DNA from: an uncultured delta proteobacterium
GTDB lineage: Bacteria; Desulfobacterota; Desulfomonilia; Desulfomonilales; Desulfomonilaceae
Direction of reading: 5' to 3'
Length of the DNA stretch: 64,000 bases
Assembly: GCA_963789265.1 (NCBI GenBank)
Contig: CAWBKB010000005.1
Location: 224,001-288,000 of the forward strand
This document shows, in pieces, positions 44,574 to 53,648 of this stretch; position 1 is the first letter of the stretch; each line of letters opens with the position of its first letter. The translations under genes were made by a program, and so were the position numbers. The notes below the pieces were generated by a model. The model was not told the origin of the DNA. It searched no databases and was given only the letters and a program-made list of their open reading frames with translations.

Positions 44574-45104
44574 TCAGGACGAGGACTTCAGTTTGAAGGA
44601 ATTGATTGCGCTTTCGAACGCCGGAATGAATGATTTGAAATCCTTAGCCGGTGCCAAAAAGTCAACATCGATCATTTTCTTTTTGGTTATGACCAGCAAG
44701 TGCCAGGTGCGGAGACGTGTAGGATCGTCCGGGGCCTTTTCCTTAGACAACAAGGCATTTCCTCCCTTCACCTGAAGAGTGCGCACCTCTTCCAGGCTTT
44801 TGTCCGCCTCTGCAGCTTTTCGAAGTGCCTTGAAAAGCATATCCCCCGGAGGTGTAAAAAGGTCTCCTACCACCAGGTAAATCTCAGCGGAGCCTTTCTT
44901 CCATTTTAGTATCCCAGACTCGTCGACTGGCTCAGGCGTGAATCCTTCCGGAACTTTCATATCAAAGAACCTTCCTGCCTGCTCTGCAGCGGCGGGTTCT
45001 TGCTTTTTCGAAGCTCCAGACTTTTTCTCAGCCAACGCGGGGGAACAAATTAGAATTGTTGCCAGGCAGAGAATCCAGACTCTTGTCAAGTCAGCACGTC
45101 TCAC
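44574..45104 (-). CDS. Secreted hypothetical protein (PsbP/DcrB-like appearance)
   Basis: Signal peptide; KVPEGF near N-terminus; FESAINSFKL C-terminus. Confidence 0.6.
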   Translation of the reverse strand: MRRADLTRVWILCLATILICSPALAEKKSGASKKQEPAAAEQAGRFFDMKVPEGFTPEPVDESGILKWKKGSAEIYLVVGDLFTPPGDMLFKALRKAAEADKSLEEVRTLQVKGGNALLSKEKAPDDPTRLRTWHLLVITKKKMIDVDFLAPAKDFKSFIPAFESAINSFKLKSSS

Positions 45105-45181
45105 GTGAATTTCCTCCGTAAGAAATTATACCGCACTCAAGCCCCACACGAGCTGTCGATCTCCGGGAGAATTGACCTTGG

Positions 45182-46555
45182 ATGCGTCGATTGATAGCAT
45201 GGATAAATGTCTGTGTCAAAAGCATCATAACGAGGAAATCACACCTGCCGAAAAACGCCCTGGTAAGAGTTTTAGGTTGCAAGGTAAACCAAGCCGAAGC
45301 CGAAGCTATGGCTCGCGAGCTGGAGAGCTTAGGTTATCGCATTGAAGCTTCGGCCGATGCCCCGGACCTTGTCGTCGTAAACACCTGCTGCGTAACCTCG
45401 AAGGCAGAAGGAAAATCAAGGCGCATGGTCAGCGGTCTGGCGCACAAATTCCCTGGCGCACGGATAATCGTTACCGGCTGCCTTGCAGAAATAAATCCGT
45501 TCTCTTTGGAGAGCGCGGCTCCGGGCGCGATCTTGCTCGGGGCTTTTGCAAAGGATCGTCTAAGGGAGTTCATCGATGAGGTCGCGAATGATGTTGGCGT
45601 TGTAGCGGACAGCGGCGCCTCTCCCTGCACGACATGTGTCGATCGCGGCCCCCGAACGGCGAGGCACAGAGCCAGGGCTTTCTTGAAAGTCCAGGATGGT
45701 TGTTCCCAGTCATGCGCTTACTGCATAGTACCCGCTGCTAGAGGCCCGTCCAGAAGCTTGTCAGTGGATCAGCTCTTGCTCGGCGCACGCGATATGGATT
45801 CCGATGGATTCGCGGAGATAGTGTTAACGGGAGTCCATCTTGGAAGTTACGGCCGGGACTTTCATCCTCCGATGAGCCTTGAAGATTTACTGGAGCGCCT
45901 CCTGGAAAAGTGCCCGTCCGCGCGATTCAGATTGAGTTCCGTGGAACCCCAGGAGATCACTCCCAGCCTGATAGAACTTGTGGCCGGCAACCACAGAGCG
46001 TGCCGGCATTTCCATATTCCGTTACAAAGTGGCGATGACAACATCCTTAGCCGAATGAGAAGGCCGTATGACACCGCGTTCATCCGGCACCTGATAGACA
46101 GCATTTTCGCGCGAGTCCCTCAGACCTGCGTCGGCCTCGACATTATGGTGGGCTTCCCCGGTGAGGACGAAGAATCATTTAGAAGAACTGTGACTCTCAT
46201 TGAAGGATCTGGGGCCGCTTACCTGCATGTGTTCCCGTTTTCTCCCAGGCCCGGAACTCCGGCAGCCTCTTTCGAGCCGCGAGTGCCTGAGGGCATTGCT
46301 CGACGAAGGGCAAAGGAGTTAAGAGTATTATCCCAGACCCTGCGGCACCGTTTCTATGAACGCTTCGTGGGAACTACTTTTTCGGCTGTACGAGAGTCGG
46401 GACCCGACCCCGATACAGGGCTCATTGTCACGAGAACTGACAATTACATACCCGTGCATGTGCGCGGAGCTTCCGCTACTATCCGCAAGCGCACATTTCC
46501 GGTGACGCTGGAACGGGTTGTAGATCAGAAAGTGTTCGGAACGCTTTTAGTTTAA
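45182..46555 (+). CDS. mtaB: tRNA t6A37 methylthiotransferase
   Basis: LGCKVNQAE, VNTCCVT, KVQDGCSQSCAYC, HVFPFSPRPGT; start codon uncertain. Confidence 0.9.
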   Translation: MRRLIAWINVCVKSIITRKSHLPKNALVRVLGCKVNQAEAEAMARELESLGYRIEASADAPDLVVVNTCCVTSKAEGKSRRMVSGLAHKFPGARIIVTGCLAEINPFSLESAAPGAILLGAFAKDRLREFIDEVANDVGVVADSGASPCTTCVDRGPRTARHRARAFLKVQDGCSQSCAYCIVPAARGPSRSLSVDQLLLGARDMDSDGFAEIVLTGVHLGSYGRDFHPPMSLEDLLERLLEKCPSARFRLSSVEPQEITPSLIELVAGNHRACRHFHIPLQSGDDNILSRMRRPYDTAFIRHLIDSIFARVPQTCVGLDIMVGFPGEDEESFRRTVTLIEGSGAAYLHVFPFSPRPGTPAASFEPRVPEGIARRRAKELRVLSQTLRHRFYERFVGTTFSAVRESGPDPDTGLIVTRTDNYIPVHVRGASATIRKRTFPVTLERVVDQKVFGTLLV

Positions 46556-46580
46556 ATTGCGGCTCTTTGATATTCCTGGA

Positions 46581-47028
46581 TCAATCGGAACCGGTCCGTC
46601 CTTCAGCAAATGGGTCGAAGAGAGTCACGTCCTTCATGGCCCCGAACGGGCATACAAGACCACACATACCGCAGGCGACGCATTTCTCCACGTCAAAAAC
46701 GGTCTTCTTATCAGGCTCCGCCACGCTGAGCGCTCCTGTTGGGCATAAGCCGGTACACGCGCCGCAGTGGACGCACTGCTCCTCTTCACGCCAGAACCTT
46801 ATCGGCGAGATATTCGACAACCACGTGATGGTCTTCGAGAAATGCAATTCCCTTCTTCAGGAGGTTCTCATCCCCCCGCAGTTCGAGAAGGATGCGGCCT
46901 TCTCTCCTCGGAAGTATCTTCGCCTCCAGAATATTGAAGACTAGATCGAAGTCTCTGGCAAGTCTGTAAATTACGGGCTTGTACATAATGTCTGATTTGA
47001 ATATGAGCAGAACGTTTTGGGAAGGCAT
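46581..47028 (-). CDS. NIL domain + 2x[4Fe-4S] ferredoxin (MA1822-like), indel near 46797
   Basis: KPVIYRLARDFDLVFNILEA, CVHCGACTGLCP, CVACGMCGLVCP. Confidence 0.88.
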
Positions 47029-47108
47029 GGTTTGGCCCCTTCTTTTCTATTAGGTTAGTGAAGTCCACTTCAGCAGTGGCACAATTCTATTCAACCGGTG
47101 TGCAGCGA

Positions 47109-47876
47109 TCATGTTCCTATCTTAGGCCCCGGTAACGGGACTAGTTCAACGTCTCCCAATGCGGCTATCTTGTCGGCCAGTATGACAAGTGCCCCGTTCA
47201 CACCGGGTACCTCCATGCCGCACTCGACTGCTTTCTTGAGGTCTCCTGCTTTCTGCACCCTGTTTCCTACTCGTGTAGCCACCGCATCGGCCAGAGGCAC
47301 ATCGCGGGCGACAACGGTAGCCGCGTCTGCGATGCCGAAACTGAGTGACGGACCTACAGTCCCTGACGATGTGCAAATTCCCAGCGGCACTGGAGTAGGT
47401 TCGATCCTAATTCCGATGCGACCGCTGAAAGGTGAATTCCCTGCATACAACCCTACGAGGACAGCTAGATCAACCTTTATGAAGATGTCTCCGCCGTTTT
47501 CTACTATGACTTCCGGAGACAAAGGCAAAAGACCCTTTCCGACAAACTCCGCTACTGCTCCTGCTACCGCAGCCATGGGCCCGGTGCCGGCCTTTTGAGC
47601 CGCTCTGATCATAGAAAGCACGAGAGGAGAATCAGCCGGGTCTTCTTCCAGAGGAACCAGACTCGTGAGAAACTCCGGCCGGCGTGCAATTGCGTTCTTG
47701 ATCTGGGCTCTGCTTTCCCGAATTAACTCCTTGGTCTCCTTTACCAGAGACGAGTGGGCATTCACGTACAGGTCCGTCGTTTCAATCGCAACCCTGAAGG
47801 GCTTGAACCGATCACTATGATCCAAGTTCCGGTAGTTTCTCGGTTCATAGACGGTTGGGGCTATCATAATGGGCAA
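47109..47876 (-). CDS. UPF0280 / ApbE-like (COG2122) protein
   Basis: GPMAAVAGAVAE, VENGGDIF, GICTSSGTVGPSLSFGIADA. Confidence 0.9.
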   Translation of the reverse strand: MPIMIAPTVYEPRNYRNLDHSDRFKPFRVAIETTDLYVNAHSSLVKETKELIRESRAQIKNAIARRPEFLTSLVPLEEDPADSPLVLSMIRAAQKAGTGPMAAVAGAVAEFVGKGLLPLSPEVIVENGGDIFIKVDLAVLVGLYAGNSPFSGRIGIRIEPTPVPLGICTSSGTVGPSLSFGIADAATVVARDVPLADAVATRVGNRVQKAGDLKKAVECGMEVPGVNGALVILADKIAALGDVELVPLPGPKIGT

Positions 47877-47882
47877 CTGCCT

Positions 47883-49073
47883 CTAACTCTGAAAAGCCTC
47901 GAAAGGAATCGAAGGGATAGTCTCCTGAGGTTCGCCGAGCAAGAATCGTCCTGAGTTGATCCATTCTTTTAAAATCGTGGCTATTTCACGCGCAGCGGAA
48001 TAACTGGAGAGCGGAGCGGCAGTAATTTTCCGCCCATTCAACGTTATCTCACCGCTCCTGAGCTGGCTGTAAGTGACATAGCTAATTACCGAGCCATCCC
48101 CTTCAGGGTAGCTGCCACCATAGTCAACTACCGGAACGAATATCTCATCATCTGATACTGAGGTAAAACGGGCCATTTCTTCGTTCAAAATCGGGATCGG
48201 GATACCTATTCCAACGTTCAGCGAACACCCATAGCCGGTCAAGGATGCGCCTCGCAGGAATTTTGCCGACATGCCCTTCAGATCGCCGCGCACCGAAATA
48301 GTACCCGCTCCTCCCATAACGACTCCGTTCTGGGACCTTTTTACGGTAGGTGTATGCTGTGTTCCGGCTCCAATCACGTACCCTACGCCTCCTCCGAGGA
48401 ATATCCGCGTGCCTATTCCTATAGTTTTGTAGAGCGGGTCGTTCAGGAGAGGACTCAATTGACCTGATGTCGAATAATTTGCATTCATACATTCAGGCCT
48501 GAGTATGCCCATGTATGTATATATGGTTCTCTTGGAAAGATTTATTGCGCAGTTATAGTTCTGATATGCATTTCTGGGATTAAGAAGCACCGCGTCGGGG
48601 AAGTCCTTTAGCATCATTTTGGATTCGTAAGAGCGCTTTGGATAGCAATCCGTGCCATACGAGGTAGCTTGCAGGAGCACCTCGCGGCCGGCGACCAGAT
48701 CCTCGATCACATGGCCTCCCCCGTATCGGAAGCGGCCCGGGAAAACTTTGTTAAGCGGATCGTCTTCTCTTGTCTGAGTGGCTCCAATATAGCAATCTAC
48801 CGCGGCCACCCCGGCATACGCTTCGACGTTATTGAGATAAACTTTGGAAGCCCTGATTCTAGGTTTCGTGTGACCGAAATTGAGAAAAGCTCCGGATGAG
48901 CACATTATTCCGAACGTTCCAGTCGTCACCACGTCCACTCTTTCCGCCGCTTCCACCGGGCCGGACTCTTTCGCAATGCCGATCATCTCCTCGGCGGTAA
49001 CTACCACCGCTTGGCCTTGCCTGATCTTTTCATTGATCTGGGCAAATGTTTTATTCACGCGAAATTCAGACAT
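47883..49073 (-). CDS. L-aspartate semialdehyde sulfurtransferase / homocysteine biosynthesis protein (DUF39, MA1821-like)
   Basis: INEKIRQGQAVVVTAEE, VDVVTTGTFGIMCSSG, YGGGHVIEDL, NPRNAYQNY, SPLLNDP. Confidence 0.9.
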   Translation of the reverse strand: MSEFRVNKTFAQINEKIRQGQAVVVTAEEMIGIAKESGPVEAAERVDVVTTGTFGIMCSSGAFLNFGHTKPRIRASKVYLNNVEAYAGVAAVDCYIGATQTREDDPLNKVFPGRFRYGGGHVIEDLVAGREVLLQATSYGTDCYPKRSYESKMMLKDFPDAVLLNPRNAYQNYNCAINLSKRTIYTYMGILRPECMNANYSTSGQLSPLLNDPLYKTIGIGTRIFLGGGVGYVIGAGTQHTPTVKRSQNGVVMGGAGTISVRGDLKGMSAKFLRGASLTGYGCSLNVGIGIPIPILNEEMARFTSVSDDEIFVPVVDYGGSYPEGDGSVISYVTYSQLRSGEITLNGRKITAAPLSSYSAAREIATILKEWINSGRFLLGEPQETIPSIPFEAFQS

Positions 49074-49428
49074 TTGGAACCTCCCCACGGATCTTTTCCG
49101 CATCCGGTCCTGAATATTGAGATTACTCTTTCTGAGTCATTCGGTCAAGAATATCCAAGAACGGGGCAGCAGTACCCCGTAGGCCACCGCACCGGACAAA
49201 CGATATTTTACATTAAAAGTACCGTCGCCGAATAGGTGTTTTTCGCGACATTCTAGTTTTGAATATCCGGTTTATGTGGCACAATCGGTCTGCAACGGAT
49301 GCCCGAAAACGACGCCATCAGACCGGAGGCAACGCGGCTGCCGGACGAGGCTAAATTGCGACTACCCCAAAGATACTTTAGGACCATACATTGCCCGGTT
49401 GCAACCGAGACAAGTCAAGGAGATAGAG

Positions 49429-49791
49429 ATGGATGTCCAAAAGATCATTTTTGATTCCATCCACGAGGCAACGGCGGCCATAGACGGCCTGGGTGCGGAT
49501 AACAGCCAGATGATGGCAACTCGGGCGGTTCACATCAACGTCCTAGTCCGACAAGTGCCGGGTCCCTTAGCCCGGTTTCTGAAAACCGTTTATAACGACA
49601 TCGGGGCCGAGGCGGCAATAAGTCACGATGCATACTTCGACGAGCAAGGAGCCGTCACAGATATGATTGTCATGGGTACCCTTTACCAGCACCGCGAAGT
49701 AAGGCGAATCCTCACGGACAACTCAAAAATTAGACCCTTGCTCGATGCGATCGAGACCGTAGTTGAGAATGCTCCGGAAAGCCGAGAATAG
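49429..49791 (+). CDS. Hypothetical protein resembling the N-terminal extension of long-form dihydropteroate synthases
   Basis: AAIDGLGAD..MMATRAVHINVLVRQVPGPLARFLK..IGAEAAIS..TDMIVMGTLYQ; AAGGAG RBS. Confidence 0.55.
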   Translation: MDVQKIIFDSIHEATAAIDGLGADNSQMMATRAVHINVLVRQVPGPLARFLKTVYNDIGAEAAISHDAYFDEQGAVTDMIVMGTLYQHREVRRILTDNSKIRPLLDAIETVVENAPESRE

Positions 49792-49925
49792 CGACAGAGC
49801 TAAATACGTATCGTCCCCATATCGGGATGGGGAGTACAGGTATTTCCCGTATTCTTGAATGAGGTGCATTATACCCCGTATCACCAAATCATTCCGAGTG
49901 TCGGTCATTGCTTTAGCGAATCGCT

Positions 49926-51402
49926 TCAATCTTTGGCTCGGGCCATACGTTTCCAAAGACGGGACTTCTTCGCCGATTTTGAAATCTTGCGACCTATCGC
50001 GTTCCCAAGGGCAATCGGCAAGCTGAAGATGAAAACGGGAAATGTCTTAACATCCAGAACGCCGACCCGTATGAGCTTGCTCATCATACGCAAGATCTGC
50101 GCCGGGGAGTAGAATTTTCGGGTTATTTGCTTGCTGATTCGTTTTAGCCCCGGCCGACCGAGGGACTCTGAGTAAACAATGGAATCATCGCCTATGTAGT
50201 ACCCGGGAGTAGCTTCAACGAGATCCCTCAGTGGCGAGTACCTTCTCGATTCGCAGTTTTTGATACGTGATAGAGTCGAGACCCAATTCCTTGGCAAAGA
50301 CAGGGATCTGCATCATCTCTTCTTCAGTTTCGCTCACATTCCCGTAAATGAAGTACCCGTGGTAATAAAACGGATACCGGTGGAATGTCCTAAAGGCCTG
50401 CCTTAGTTTTGCGGTGTCGAACCCCTTGTTGAGTTGTTCCAGAATACGATCCTGAGGAGATTCGATCCCCAGGAGCAACGCCTTGATCCCCGCGCGAACC
50501 GCCATTTCAAGGACGTCCGGGTGTTCGAATATTTCAATTCTGGCCTGAACGATAAACTTCTTTTTTATTCTTTCAGCGACGATTCTCTCACAGATCCTCT
50601 TAGCTCGCTGGGGGTTCACAAAGAAATTTTCATCCGCGATAAGTATCTTATCCGCGGACATCTGCCGCATTTCTTCCATGACTGAATCGATTGAACGAGC
50701 GGAGTAGCTCCGTTTCTGCCCTAAAGGGTTCAAATTGAAAGTACAGAATTTGCAATTATAAGGACAGCCTCGGGACGTGAGTATGATGTCGAACTGCTCG
50801 CTCCGCAAAGTAAGTCCCCCGACGTTCATGTGGTAATCTTGTCGCCTCAGGCCGCGGTCCGGGTATTTGTATTCGTCCACCTCCGGAAGGGGTCGATTTT
50901 CGTTATGCAGTATCCTGTCCCCATCTCGATAGGATATACCCGCTATGTCCTTGAAATCCTTTCCCTGAGCGACCTCTACTATGCTTTCCTCCCCTTCTCC
51001 TCTAACGATGAGATCCACATTGGGACAGGATTCGAAAATTTCCTGGACGCAGTCGGTCGCCTGCTTTCCTCCAACGACTGTGGTAATCGAAGACGGGAGC
51101 GAACTGACAAGTTCGCAAACTTCGCGAAAGTTGTACTCCCAGTTGATGCTTATGCAGAGCAGATCGATTTCTTCCGCGATGAAGCGCCTAAGTTTCTTAG
51201 GGTCCCGGAGGGGGTCCGGAAGCCTCAAATCCAGAAAGGTCAATTTCTTCACTTGGGGGCTGAGTGCAGCGGCTACGTATTCCAGACCGACAGGGGGGAA
51301 CACGGCCAAGCCTAAGGATCCCGAATGGCTATCGCGAAAATAGGGATGAAGACACAGTGCATGCGGATATGAAGTGGTCAAACGCTGTTCCATCCTCGAC
51401 AT
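49926..51402 (-). CDS. B12-binding domain radical SAM protein, indel near 50240
   Basis: PPVGLEYVAA, VVGG, VRGEGE, TSRGCPYNCKFC, LGIES. Confidence 0.87.
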
Positions 51403-51934
51403 CACAGGAAGCGGATAATGTCCCGAATTCATATTGGCTGAGTATCCGATGGTTCCGTGATGCGTTTCATCTCGGCACCAGGCGATCATTGCTCCGGAGC
51501 GCGGAGACGGTTCGAAAGGGCAAATCTAGAACCGAAGGAAGGTTGTGTCAAGTACAGGTCCATATAACGAGTTACTCACAATTCTGCACGGAGGAAGAGA
51601 CCAATGTAACTGACTTGACATTTTGAGCTTTTGAAGTCGGATTCAGCGATCACGCTCGAAAGTTTATCTTGAAATGATGAAGGGTTGATTCAGCGAGGAG
51701 AGGCATCTTGGAGCGTCCACTAGGGCGCCCCGATTAACCCCTATTTATGAAGCGTCGACCGGCCCGTCAAGATCCTGCCAATCAAACCCCGCTTTTGCGT
51801 AACTTCGCGCACGAGTGGGCTTCGCGCACTGAAATACTGAGTTACTATGGTTGGCAAGCCTGGAGATCGCCGACGCTGTTGGTATCATGGTTACACGAAT
51901 GCAGGCAAATCCCGCGGGACTGAGCAACCGCTTC

Positions 51935-52395
51935 TTAGGGCCGTTTGGCGGAGCGCGTGTCCCTCGGCGGCACTTTTTTCATTACCACTGAGTTGTTGCG
52001 CACCTCAATGCTGGAGTCTACGTCGACCATGGCTTGACGTGGAGAAAGACTTAGGCTGTGCTGGCTATTGAACAGTTTCAGGACTCGGTCCCTGCCCAGG
52101 ATTTCCCGCATTTCCAAACCTATTTCAATGAGTATTCCTTCGCTATTAAAATGGTACATAGCGTAACGAAACAGATTGTCTCCACGGATAATCTCCCCAA
52201 TCTCGTCTCCCATGTCATCATAGGAAAAATGGAGAGGACTTTGTTGCAAAAGGCCCAGGACCTGGCCTTTATTCATTCCCAGCTTGATGTCCCGGTAGCC
52301 TTCGGGGATCTTGGCCTCGGCAGAGGAGAATGCCGCCGCGACGACAATCACGCATAGGATTACAATTGAGCCAGGCGCGCAGTCGCACTATTCAT
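51935..52395 (-). CDS. Secreted hypothetical protein; probable indel in the signal-peptide region
   Basis: GGAGG RBS plus ATG at 52395 is out of frame with the IVILCVIVVAAAFSSAEA...GYRDIKLGM ORF. Confidence 0.6.
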
Positions 52396-52559
52396 TTAAT
52401 CCTCCGGTATTTGTTTGAATGTTGATTCTATAATACACCATCATAAACCTACATAAAAGTGAAACTTGTAGTCAAGCACAAACTTTGTCGCCGGATGATC
52501 GAGACGACGCTCGTACTGCGCCTCTACCAAACGGCGAAAAAAAGCTCCGTCGATGGAGA

Positions 52560-53591
52560 CTAAAGGGACCCGTCGGATCCTCCTGTTCTATGCAACGCTC
52601 CTGGAAGAGTACGATAAGATGGCATTAGACCCTTATGTCCGGGCGCAGGTGTGCCGCGGTGCAGAAAAGGCCTTTGCAGAAGATTGTTTCGCGCCCCGGG
52701 GCCGGGAAAGCTCCTCGACAAGGCCCTAGCAATGACTTTCTTGATCACATCGACGGGAATTGCAAAGCCTATTCCCACAGATCCACCATTTTCGGATACT
52801 ATGGCTGTGTTTAGCCCAACCACTTGTCCCTCTATGTTCACCAGCGGGCCTCCGGAGTTGCCCTGATTGATTGCCGCATCGGTCTGTATGAAATTTGCAT
52901 AGTGGAGACGCCCGATGTCCGCGGAGCGCCCTTTGGCGCTTACTATCCCGGCCGTGACTGTTTGCGTAAGCCCAAAGGGATTTCCGACCGCCAGCACCCA
53001 GTCCCCCACTTCGAGAGTCCTTGAGTCTCCGAGTCTCGCGACAGGCAGATTTCGCGCGTTGATCTTGATTATCGCCACGTCGGTCTTTGGATCTGAGTAC
53101 ACTACTGCGGCCTTGTACTTCTTTTTGCCTTCGAGCGTCACATAGATCTCATCGGCACCGGCTATAACGTGGCGGTTGGTTACTATATCACCCCTCGGGT
53201 CAATAATGAATCCCGAGCCCAGCCCCTTTTGGCGGAATCGCCTAGTTCCGCCCGGGCCACCGAAAAACTGTTTGAAAAACTGGTCTCCGAAGAATTCTCG
53301 AAACGGACTGTTACGGAAGAAAGGATCCAGGTCAGGCACGGCACCCCGGGCAGTAATAGTGGAAACTGACGAAACGTTGACCACAGAGGGCTTGACAGTT
53401 CGTACAACAGATCTGAAAGCCTGCTGTAAATTCATGAGCCCCCGATTGGGAACGGTCTGGCTTAGTGCAGCGGACGAACCAACTACCGGGAGGATGACCA
53501 TAAATCCCAGAATCAAAGCTTTATTGACGCGATTCAAGTCTGTTTGCCTCAAGCAATGTTTTATGTTGAAAAGAGGGTGATCTGAAAACAT
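52560..53591 (-). CDS. HtrA/DegP-like serine protease lacking PDZ domains
   Basis: GSGFII, TNRHV, D in KTDVA, QTDAAINQGNSGGPL. Confidence 0.9.
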   Translation of the reverse strand: MFSDHPLFNIKHCLRQTDLNRVNKALILGFMVILPVVGSSAALSQTVPNRGLMNLQQAFRSVVRTVKPSVVNVSSVSTITARGAVPDLDPFFRNSPFREFFGDQFFKQFFGGPGGTRRFRQKGLGSGFIIDPRGDIVTNRHVIAGADEIYVTLEGKKKYKAAVVYSDPKTDVAIIKINARNLPVARLGDSRTLEVGDWVLAVGNPFGLTQTVTAGIVSAKGRSADIGRLHYANFIQTDAAINQGNSGGPLVNIEGQVVGLNTAIVSENGGSVGIGFAIPVDVIKKVIARALSRSFPGPGARNNLLQRPFLHRGTPAPGHKGLMPSYRTLPGALHRTGGSDGSL

Positions 53592-53648
53592 TTCTACTCC
53601 TTCGAATATATGAACAGTCGCGGTATTGGATAAACCTCGACCTCGTTC

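Noticed and set aside
49100..49400. SAM riboswitch upstream of the homocysteine operon
   Set aside because: No SAM-I core motifs found on the minus strand.
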